Source of the DNA: Planctomycetota bacterium
GTDB taxonomy: Bacteria > Planctomycetota > GCA-002687715 > CAIWVZ01
NCBI GenBank assembly: GCA_017853435.1
Contig: JAFMJN010000002.1
Location: forward strand, 1 to 45,541
Direction: 5' to 3'
Length of the DNA: 45,541 nt
Part shown: in pieces, positions 35,579 to 43,089 of the stretch
Layout: every line of letters starts with the position of its first letter
Numbering within the stretch: the stretch's first letter is position 1
Program-made: the position numbers and the translations under genes
Notes under the pieces: model-generated
The model's input: the letters and a program-made list of their open reading frames with translations, nothing else
Told to the model about the DNA's origin: nothing
Database searches by the model: none

Positions 35579-36280
35579 CTACCGCGCGTCGGCGAAAAGG
35601 GCGGTGCCGATTCGAACGTGCGTCGCACCTTCGGCGATCGCGATTTCGAAGTCGCCCGACATCCCCATCGACAGCGACGGGAGAGGGCGCTCCGTCGTGG
35701 CGAAACGGTCCCTCAGCCGACGCGTGTCCGCGAAGACCCGATGCAGCGTCGCGTCGTCGGCGTCGAGCGGCGCCATGGTCATGAGACCTTCGATGCGGAG
35801 GTGGGCGCAGGCGAGCAACGCGGGCCAGGCGGCGTCGAGGGCGTCCGGCGAGAACCCCTGCTTCGACGCTTCCCCGGAGACGTTGACTTGAACGAAGGCC
35901 GTGACGGTGCGTCCGAGGGCCGCCGCGCGCTGCGACACGGTGGTCGCCAAATCGGTCCCGTCGAGGGCGTGGAGGACGTCGACATGCGCCAACGTGTCCC
36001 GGACCTTGCGACGCTGGTAGGTGCCGATCAGGTGCCACACGGCCCCCGCGAGGAGGGGGTCCGCGGCACGCTCGGCGAGTTGTTCGGGACGGTTCTCGCC
36101 GAGGTGGAGACACCCCGCCCGAAGGAGGGCGGCTGCGGCGGGGACCGACGCCGTCTTGGTCACCCCGACGAGGGTGACGGATCCCTCCGGACGACCCGCC
36201 CGGGACTCGGCCCGACGCACCCTCGCGAGCACGCCGTCGAGGTTGCGCGAAACGACGGCGGAAATATCGGAGGAATCCAT
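35579..36280 (-). CDS. yggS: YggS-family pyridoxal-phosphate homeostasis protein
   Basis: The track ORF 35579..36322 is trimmed to ATG 36280. 'VTLVGVTKTASV', 'HLGENRPQ-like GENRPEQL', 'WHLIGTYQRRKV', 'LSMGMSGDFEIAIAEGATHVRIGTALF'. Confidence 0.9.
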   Translation of the reverse strand: MDSSDISAVVSRNLDGVLARVRRAESRAGRPEGSVTLVGVTKTASVPAAAALLRAGCLHLGENRPEQLAERAADPLLAGAVWHLIGTYQRRKVRDTLAHVDVLHALDGTDLATTVSQRAAALGRTVTAFVQVNVSGEASKQGFSPDALDAAWPALLACAHLRIEGLMTMAPLDADDATLHRVFADTRRLRDRFATTERPLPSLSMGMSGDFEIAIAEGATHVRIGTALFADAR

Positions 36281-36331
36281 GGTTCTAGGATCCGCCGGGG
36301 GGGGAGCCGGGTCAAGCCCCAAGCCCTTTGC

Positions 36332-36359
36332 TTGACGTACCGTTACGGAGGCCTATAGT
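36332..36359 (+). promoter_or_regulatory. Sigma70-like promoter candidate for the BamB-like lipoprotein gene
   Basis: TTGACG (36332-36337), a 16-nt spacer, then TATAGT (36354-36359). It sits in the 141-nt divergent intergenic region, ~70 nt upstream of ATG 36428. This is a pattern match only. Confidence 0.35.
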
Positions 36360-36427
36360 GACGCCTTCTTACGTTCGTCCGCTGATGGATCGTTAGGAGG
36401 CCCTCCGAGGCCTCGGAGACGTTGGAC

Positions 36428-37654
36428 ATGCTCGAGCGGATCAGCCTGACCGCATTTCTTTGCCTGGGGCTCGCCCTTTCGGGGTGCGCTTCGACCGACA
36501 GCTGCTGTGGTGACAGCTGCACGGACACCTGCTCTCCCTCCGCCGAAGCCGCGGCGCCGAGCCGTCTCGACGGTCTCGAGGCCGAGATGGCGGGCGTCGC
36601 TCAAAAGCGCGCATGGTCCGGGCAGTACCTGAACGGCGGCACCTGCGTCAACGCGTGGGTGTGCGGCACCGACCTCTACCTCGAATCGCGCCGCGGTTCG
36701 GAGTCGGAAATCGTCGCGGTCGACGCGAAGGACGGCACCTACAAGTGGGTGGCGTCGCTCGGCGCCAACCCGACCCGTGAAGCGCCCCGCGCGGGCGACC
36801 GTTTCGTGGTGTTCCTCACCGCGAACGACGGCGGCATGATCGTTCTCGATCGCAACACCGGCGCCCGCCCGTATTCGATGCGCGCGTCGCTCGGCGTGGC
36901 GACCGCCGCGCCCGCGGTCTCGTCCGACACCACGGTGTACGTGACGGGCCTCGCCTCGAATCAGGTCGTCGCCGTGTCTCCGGCCGACGCCAACGTCGGC
37001 TGGCGCTTCCGCGCGGGCTCTCCGCTCGTCGCCGGTCCGGTCACGACGCCGCGCCTCCCGCGCCGTCTCGTGATCGCGGGCTGCGCCGATGGCACCGTGT
37101 TCGCCGTTCCCGCCGCCGGCTGGAACGAATCGGGTCCGACCAACGCGTCGTGGAGCCGCAAACTCCTCGGTGCCGTGAACGAAGACCCCTGTGTCGCCGA
37201 ATACACCGACGGAGCCCGTAAGGGCGTCATGGTCATCGTACCCGCGTCGGACAACGGTCTGCACGGCCTCGAAGCGACTTCCGGAACGGTGCGTTGGAGC
37301 GTGCGTCGCGAATCTCCGTTCGCCGGCGAACCCTTCGCCTGCAACGGTCGCGTCTTCGCGCGCTGCTCGGACCGCATGGTCGTCGCCGACATCGCGACGG
37401 GCAAGGAGCCGTGGTCGGCGTCGGATGCGAACGCCGCGCCGAAGGGCTTCGAACTCGCGACGAAGGCTTTCGCCTCGGATGCCAATCGTGCTTACCTCGG
37501 CGCGGGCGACAACACCGTGATGCGTGTCGACGGGCGTTCGGGCGCCGTGATGGCGACGAAGACTCTGTCGAGCTTCTGCTGCGTCATCCCCGGCGGTGAC
37601 TCGAATCTGCTCATCGGCGTGACCAAGGACGGTCACGTCGTCGCGATGCGCTGA
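36428..37654 (+). CDS. PQQ-like beta-propeller lipoprotein (BamB-like)
   Basis: The track ORF starts at TTG 36422; ATG 36428 is more likely. Lipobox 'LALSGC'. Recurrent '..DG.V.A.d..tG...W' blade-like repeats ('AVDAKDGTYKW', 'VLDRNTGARPY', 'LEATSGTVRW', 'ADIATGKEPW', 'VDGRSGAVM'). Confidence 0.7.
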   Translation: MLERISLTAFLCLGLALSGCASTDSCCGDSCTDTCSPSAEAAAPSRLDGLEAEMAGVAQKRAWSGQYLNGGTCVNAWVCGTDLYLESRRGSESEIVAVDAKDGTYKWVASLGANPTREAPRAGDRFVVFLTANDGGMIVLDRNTGARPYSMRASLGVATAAPAVSSDTTVYVTGLASNQVVAVSPADANVGWRFRAGSPLVAGPVTTPRLPRRLVIAGCADGTVFAVPAAGWNESGPTNASWSRKLLGAVNEDPCVAEYTDGARKGVMVIVPASDNGLHGLEATSGTVRWSVRRESPFAGEPFACNGRVFARCSDRMVVADIATGKEPWSASDANAAPKGFELATKAFASDANRAYLGAGDNTVMRVDGRSGAVMATKTLSSFCCVIPGGDSNLLIGVTKDGHVVAMR

Positions 37655-37655
37655 T

Positions 37656-38948
37656 TCAGCCCTTCGGACGACTTCGCGAACCCTCGGTGGCGACATACGC
37701 TTCCGGGGGTTCGGTCGTTTTCGGAGACATTCCCGCGAACCACACGACGCCGCGCGGTGTGGTCAAGATGGGCGTGCGCGCACGAAGGAACGGCGGGATG
37801 CCGCGACGACGCAGAACGTCGACGAGGCGCGTTCCGTCGACCATGCGAAGGCCGGGAGTCGGAAGTGCGAATTCCGCATCGGTCACGTCGCCGTAGACGG
37901 GATCTCCGCCGGGGTGTCGTTCGAGTCGCAGGGTCGTCCATCCGAAGATGCCGTGAACACCCATGTCCCGAGGATCGGCGAGTGTCGCGACGCGAAGGGG
38001 GCGGCATTCCCAAAAAAGGACATCTCCGACGCGTTCGATGCGCTCGCCGTGGGGAACCCCTTTCGGTCCGTCGACATCCGCGATGGCCCGTTCGATCAGA
38101 TCGGATCGCACATGGTCGAATGCGGCCCGCGCGTCGGAGGCGGCCCGTTCGAGAGCGACGTGGCGCGCGGGGCGCGAAAGCCGGGCGAATGCCGGGATGT
38201 CGATCGCGACAAGTCCGTCGTCGACGACCGTGACGGGGGTGGGGACCGCGAGCTCACGCGCGATGCCGTGGGAAAGCGCGTCGGCCGCCTCGGTGAACGC
38301 CGCGATCGCGTTGGAAAGTCGTTCCGCGTCGAAGCGCGGGATCACGGCGCATCGGAGCGCGTTGCGTGGGTGACGCAGGTCGTCGTTGGTCGGATCGTGG
38401 AGCGCCGCCTCGGGAGCGAAACGACGCAACTCATCGCGAGGGACGCCGAGGAACGGCCGCACGAGCGTGACATCGACGTCGAGAGGGCGCGATGCGCGGA
38501 TTCCCCGGAACGCTTCGGGACGACTCAATCGCAGAAGAGCGACGAGACGCGTTTCGAGTTGATCGTCGGCGTGGTGGGCGGTCACCACCGTCGCGACGGC
38601 GTGAGCGCGCGCCAATTCGGTGAGCGCGGCGTAACGCGCCGATCGGGCTTCCGACTCCGAGTGTCGATGCGGCGACGGAGCGAGATGAACCGCATCCACC
38701 TGGACGTTCAGCGAAGTCGCGACGCGACGGACCGCTTCGAGATCGACGGCGGCGGCTTCCGCGCCGCGCCAACCGTGGTCGACGTGAAACACCCGCAGCG
38801 CGTTCGCTCGACGGTTCGGAGATCCCGCCAACAGGGTCAAAGCGGCGAGGCTGTCCGGTCCCGCGGAGCAGGCGACCGCCAGCGTTCCCGTGGTCGTCCG
38901 CCAGCAAGCGGCCGCGGCTTCGACGGGGTCTACGACGGTCCGGTCCAT
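37656..38948 (-). CDS. tilS: tRNA(Ile)-lysidine synthetase
   Basis: The track ORF 37656..39131 is trimmed to ATG 38948. PP-loop 'LAVACSAGPDSLAAL', 'VFHVDHGWRG', 'VVTAHHADDQLET'. C-terminal 'RRRGIPPFLRARTPILT..GVVWFAG'. Confidence 0.8.
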   Translation of the reverse strand: MDRTVVDPVEAAAACWRTTTGTLAVACSAGPDSLAALTLLAGSPNRRANALRVFHVDHGWRGAEAAAVDLEAVRRVATSLNVQVDAVHLAPSPHRHSESEARSARYAALTELARAHAVATVVTAHHADDQLETRLVALLRLSRPEAFRGIRASRPLDVDVTLVRPFLGVPRDELRRFAPEAALHDPTNDDLRHPRNALRCAVIPRFDAERLSNAIAAFTEAADALSHGIARELAVPTPVTVVDDGLVAIDIPAFARLSRPARHVALERAASDARAAFDHVRSDLIERAIADVDGPKGVPHGERIERVGDVLFWECRPLRVATLADPRDMGVHGIFGWTTLRLERHPGGDPVYGDVTDAEFALPTPGLRMVDGTRLVDVLRRRGIPPFLRARTPILTTPRGVVWFAGMSPKTTEPPEAYVATEGSRSRPKG

Positions 38949-39003
38949 GGCCGTGATCGTACTGCGTAAAGTTGCTAGGAAAGGGCTCAACGGAGTCGAT
39001 GCC

Positions 39004-40182
39004 ATGGAAAAAGCCACCGTTCGGGACGTCGATGTCGCGGGCAAAACGGTCCTCGTGCGGGCCGATCTCAACGTGCCGATGAAAAACGGCGTCGTCGGCG
39101 ACGCGACGCGGATCACCGAAAGCCTCCCCACGGTCCGCTATCTGCTTTCGAAGGGAGCGACCGTGGTGCTCATGTCGCACCTCGGACGTCCCGACGGCGA
39201 ACGCTTGCCCGGAGCGTCGCTCGCGCCGGTCGCGGAGCGCATGGCGAAGGAACTCGGTGTCGGCGTCGCGCTCATCGACCCGATCGACACGCCGGAATCC
39301 GTCGCGCGCGTTCGTGCTCTCCCGCGCGGAAGCGTCGCCATGCTCGAAAACGTGCGCTTCTGGCCCGGCGAGACGAAGAACGCTCCGGCGTTCGCGGAAG
39401 CCCTCTCGCGCTACGGCGATGTATTCGTCAACGACGCGTTCGGCGCGTCTCATCGCGCCCATGCATCCGTCAGCGGGGTCGCCGCCCATCTGCCCGCGTA
39501 CGCGGGGTTCCTCGTCGAAAAGGAACTCGCCGCGTTCGACAAGGTGCTCGCGTCGCCGGACCGTCCGTTCGTCGCGATCGTTGGGGGGTCGAAGGTGTCG
39601 GACAAAATTCTCGTCCTCGAAAGCCTCATCGCGAAGGTCGACGCGCTGATTGTCGGAGGCGGCATGGCCTACACGTTCCTCGCCGCCATGGGGACGCCGA
39701 TCGGAAAGAGCAAGGTTGAACTCGACAAGTTGGATTTGGCGCGGGCGTTGCTCGACAAAGCCAAGGCGCGCAACGTCGCTGTCCACTTGCCGGTCGATCA
39801 CGTGTGTGCGGACGCGTTTTCCGAGACGGCTGCGACGCAGGTCGCCGCGACGGTTCCGGACGGATGGATGGGTCTCGACATCGGTCCCGCCACGATCGCC
39901 CGTTTCACGGAAGTGATCGCCGGAGCCCGTACGGTTCTTTGGAACGGCCCGGTCGGCGTGTTCGAGATGAAGCCGTTCGCGGAGGGCACCCGACGCGTGG
40001 CCGAGGCTTGCGCGGCGTCCACGGGGACGACCATCATCGGTGGGGGAGATTCGGCCGCCGCCGTCAATCTCTTCGGCGTGGCGGCCCGAATGTCCCACGT
40101 TTCCACGGGCGGCGGCGCCAGTCTCGAACTTCTCGAAGGGAAGGTCCTGCCCGGGGTCGCCTGCCTCAGGGCCCGTGGTTAG
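39004..40182 (+). CDS. pgk: Phosphoglycerate kinase
   Basis: The track ORF 38890..40182 is trimmed to ATG 39004. 'VLVRADLNVPM', 'LMSHLGRPDG', 'FVNDAFGASHRAHAS', 'IVGGSKVSDKI', 'IIGGGDSAAAV', 'HVSTGGGASLELLEGK'. Confidence 0.95.
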   Translation: MEKATVRDVDVAGKTVLVRADLNVPMKNGVVGDATRITESLPTVRYLLSKGATVVLMSHLGRPDGERLPGASLAPVAERMAKELGVGVALIDPIDTPESVARVRALPRGSVAMLENVRFWPGETKNAPAFAEALSRYGDVFVNDAFGASHRAHASVSGVAAHLPAYAGFLVEKELAAFDKVLASPDRPFVAIVGGSKVSDKILVLESLIAKVDALIVGGGMAYTFLAAMGTPIGKSKVELDKLDLARALLDKAKARNVAVHLPVDHVCADAFSETAATQVAATVPDGWMGLDIGPATIARFTEVIAGARTVLWNGPVGVFEMKPFAEGTRRVAEACAASTGTTIIGGGDSAAAVNLFGVAARMSHVSTGGGASLELLEGKVLPGVACLRARG

Positions 40183-40194
40183 GATGGCCGTGCG

Positions 40195-40872
40195 ATGACG
40201 CCCTACGCACCAACGATCGCTCCGTCGCTTCTCTCGGCCGACTTCACCCGCCTCGCCTCCGAAGTGGCGGCGGTCGAGCAGGCCGGGGTGTCCGTGTTGC
40301 ACCTCGACGTGATGGACGGCCATTTCGTGCCCAACATCACCTTCGGACCACCGCTCGTCGCGTCGCTGCGGCCGGTCTCGAAGATGGTGTTCGATACGCA
40401 TCTCATGGTGACGGATCCGCTCAAGTACGCCGAGCCCTTCGCGAAGGCGGGCTCCGACTGGATCTCCTTCCATCTCGAAGCGCCGTGTGATCCGTCGGCC
40501 GTCATCGACCGTATCGTCGCCTGCGGTGCGAAGCCCGGTATGGTGGTCAACCCGGACACGCCCGTGTCCGGATTGCGTCCCTACCTCTCGCGGCTGCACC
40601 ACGTTCTCGTGATGTCCGTCTTCCCGGGATTCGGGGGACAGAAATTCATCGGCGGCGTGTGCGCGAAGTTCGCCGAGCTCCGGGACATGGGCTTCGAAGG
40701 TCGCCTCGAAATCGACGGCGGCATCAACGTCGAGACCGCGGCGGAAGCCGCGCGTGCCGGAGCGGATCTTCTCGTCGCCGGGAATTCGGTGTACGGGGCG
40801 AAGGATCGGACGAAGGCGGTGCGCGACATTCTCGCTTCGGCCGCTTCGGCGGCCGTCGCTTCGGGAGGCTGA
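40195..40872 (+). CDS. rpe: Ribulose-phosphate 3-epimerase
   Basis: 225-aa ORF. 'IAPSLLSADF', 'LHLDVMDGHFVPNITFGP', 'DTHLMV', 'VMSVFPGFGGQKFI', 'IDGGIN'. Confidence 0.95.
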   Translation: MTPYAPTIAPSLLSADFTRLASEVAAVEQAGVSVLHLDVMDGHFVPNITFGPPLVASLRPVSKMVFDTHLMVTDPLKYAEPFAKAGSDWISFHLEAPCDPSAVIDRIVACGAKPGMVVNPDTPVSGLRPYLSRLHHVLVMSVFPGFGGQKFIGGVCAKFAELRDMGFEGRLEIDGGINVETAAEAARAGADLLVAGNSVYGAKDRTKAVRDILASAASAAVASGG

Positions 40873-40874
40873 TC

Positions 40875-41705
40875 ATGCCGTGGAGATTCCGAACGAAGCG
40901 CGAGATGCCGGAAGGCGTCTGGATCAAGTGCAAGAGTTGCAACGCCACGTTGTTCCAAAAGGACTTCGAAGCGAATTTGGCGGTTTGCAGCCAGTGCGGA
41001 TGGCACGGACCCATCGGAGCGCGACGCCGCATCGCGTTGTTGACCGACGACGGTTCGTTCGACGAGCGTTGGAGCGAACTTCATCCGAAGGACTGGCTCG
41101 GATTCAACGACAAGGAACGCTACCCCGACAAGCTGAAGAAGTCGGTGGCGCGTACGGGTTCTCTCGAAGCGGCCGTCGCGGGGACGGCGAAAATCGACGG
41201 TCACCCCATCACGCTTTGCGTCCTCGACTTCGCCTTCATGGGCGGATCGATGGGTTCGGTCGTGGGTGAGAAGGTGACGCGGACGATCGAAGCGGCCACC
41301 GATGCCGGTGTGCCCGCCATCGTCGTCAGCCAGTCGGGCGGAGCCCGTATGCACGAGGGCGCGGTTTCCTTGATGCAGATGGCGAAGACGTCCGCCGCGA
41401 TCGAACGTCACGGTCGCAAGGGACTTCTCTTCATCTCGATCCTCACCGATCCGACGACCGGCGGCGTGACGGCCTCCTTCGCCGCTCTCGGCGACGTCAT
41501 CATCGCGGAGCCGGGCGCCCTGATCGGATTCGCCGGTCCGCGCGTCATCCAGGAAACGATCCGTGCGACGTTGCCGGAAGGCTTCCAACGCTCCGAATTC
41601 CTCCTCGATCACGGTTTCATCGACCGCATCGTCGAGCGCAAGGACATGAAGTCGGAACTGGCCCGGATCATCGGGATCGCGTCTCCGTCGCGCAAGGAAG
41701 CCTGA
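40875..41705 (+). CDS. accD: Acetyl-CoA carboxylase carboxyltransferase subunit beta
   Basis: The track ORF 40659..41705 is trimmed to ATG 40875. Zn ribbon 'WIKCKSCNATLF...VCSQCGWH', 'FAFMGGSMGSVVGEK', 'SGGARMHEG'. Confidence 0.95.
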   Translation: MPWRFRTKREMPEGVWIKCKSCNATLFQKDFEANLAVCSQCGWHGPIGARRRIALLTDDGSFDERWSELHPKDWLGFNDKERYPDKLKKSVARTGSLEAAVAGTAKIDGHPITLCVLDFAFMGGSMGSVVGEKVTRTIEAATDAGVPAIVVSQSGGARMHEGAVSLMQMAKTSAAIERHGRKGLLFISILTDPTTGGVTASFAALGDVIIAEPGALIGFAGPRVIQETIRATLPEGFQRSEFLLDHGFIDRIVERKDMKSELARIIGIASPSRKEA

Positions 41706-41706
41706 T

Positions 41707-43089
41707 ATGTCGCGACGCGTCTTCGGTTGGTTCCTGCTTTGCCTCGGCGCTTGTGCGCTTCCGGACGCGTTGACGACGTCTTCGGGTCAGGGGCCTTCCG
41801 CCGAATCGCGTGCCGCCCTGACGGCTCCGTTGGCGAACGCGCCCCTTCCGGCTCCCACGGACGCCGTCGGTCTCGACGTGCTTTTGCGCGGCGTCGACGG
41901 TGGAAGCGTCGATCTCGACATCGTGCGTCGCCAAGTGCTCGCGGCGTCGGCCCGGGTGGATCAGGCCCGCGCGTCGCTCCTCCCGAATCTCGACGCGTCG
42001 CTCGACGTGGTCGCGGTCGCGAAGCGGACGGGACAGTCCTTCTTCAAGGGAGACCAAGCCACGCTCCGGTGGTCCATCGGACTGTCGTTCCCGCTCGATC
42101 TTTCGGGCGAACTCGCCGAACGGGTGCGCGCCGCCCAGGCGCGTTACCGCGCCGCCTCCGCCGCCGAAGAATCCACGCGTCGGGAACAACGCGCCGCGGT
42201 CGTGCTCGCGTATTTCAACGCTCTCGAAGCGGAAGCCTTGCTCGCCGTCAACGCGTCGACCATCAAGTCGCTCGAGCGCGAACTCGTCGACGTACGTGCG
42301 CGCCGAGAGGCGGGCACGGTGCGGGAAAGCGACGTATTGACGGTGGACGTCGCCGTCAACGAGGCGCGGCAGCGCTCCTTCGAACTTGAAACCGTCCGGC
42401 AGGAAGCGGTCCGAGCCTTGAATCTTGCCGCGGGTTTCCCGATCGAACATCCCACCCGTCTCGCGGCGTGGAATGTGACCGTCGCCGTCGCACCCGACCC
42501 CGTCGCCGAGCTCGACCTCGCGCGGACGGCGAATCCCGAAGTCGACGTTCTGGTGGAAACCTTGTTCGCCTTGCGCTCCGATCGGAGCGCCGCCGAGCGC
42601 TCGACCCTGCCGAGCGTTTCGGTCGGGCCGCGTGCCACGTTCGACTCGACGTCGCAACTCGACCCCAATTTGAACGGCAACGCCTTCCTTTCCCTGTCGT
42701 GGAATCCCGATCTGAACGGTCGCGTCGAAGCGGCCGTCAAGGAAATCGACGCGACCACCGGAGAAACGGAGTCGAGGATTCGTGCGCTCCTGCGATCCTT
42801 GCAGGAGCGGATCCTCGCGGCACACCGGCGCGCGGTGGAAGCGAAGGCCGCCGCCGAGGTGGCGGGGCGTTCGTTGGGTTCGGCACGCGAAAATCTTCGG
42901 GTGATCGAAGAACAATTGCGGGCGGGCACCGCGACCGGACGCGAGGTCCTCGAGGCGCAAGTGTCCGTGGCGCGGACGCAGGCGACGCTCGGAACTTCGG
43001 GGTACCGCATCGCGTTGGCGTATTTCCAAATGAAGTTCGCGGCGGGTGAAGATCCCTTGGCGACTCTCGAGCGTGTGACGACTCGATGA
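41707..43089 (+). CDS. TolC-family outer-membrane efflux protein (lipoprotein-type signal)
   Basis: 460-aa ORF starting 1 nt after the accD stop. Signal/lipobox 'WFLLCLGAC'. Two tandem OEP-like helical repeats with long heptad segments. 'LPSVSVGP', and a typical C-terminal 'ALAYFQMKFAAGE'. Confidence 0.75.
   Translation: MSRRVFGWFLLCLGACALPDALTTSSGQGPSAESRAALTAPLANAPLPAPTDAVGLDVLLRGVDGGSVDLDIVRRQVLAASARVDQARASLLPNLDASLDVVAVAKRTGQSFFKGDQATLRWSIGLSFPLDLSGELAERVRAAQARYRAASAAEESTRREQRAAVVLAYFNALEAEALLAVNASTIKSLERELVDVRARREAGTVRESDVLTVDVAVNEARQRSFELETVRQEAVRALNLAAGFPIEHPTRLAAWNVTVAVAPDPVAELDLARTANPEVDVLVETLFALRSDRSAAERSTLPSVSVGPRATFDSTSQLDPNLNGNAFLSLSWNPDLNGRVEAAVKEIDATTGETESRIRALLRSLQERILAAHRRAVEAKAAAEVAGRSLGSARENLRVIEEQLRAGTATGREVLEAQVSVARTQATLGTSGYRIALAYFQMKFAAGEDPLATLERVTTR

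Noticed and set aside
36395-36416. AGGAGG at 36395-36400 and the palindrome CCGAGGCCTCGG (36405-36416) upstream of the BamB-like gene, considered as an RBS or regulatory hairpin
   Set aside because: The AGGAGG lies 21-27 nt from the candidate starts, which is too far for a Shine-Dalgarno. The palindrome can form only a 4-bp stem with a 4-nt loop. No in-frame start lies closer.
36353-37696. 447-aa minus-strand ORF opposite the BamB-like gene, and 41668..43029 (453 aa) opposite the TolC-like gene
   Set aside because: The plus-strand frames carry a lipobox and signal peptide plus repeat architectures expected for a propeller and for OEP proteins. The minus frames are low-complexity.
38431-40602. 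723-aa minus-strand ORF spanning tilS, pgk and rpe territory
   Set aside because: It crosses three well-supported genes on both strands and has no motifs. It is a GC-driven artefact.
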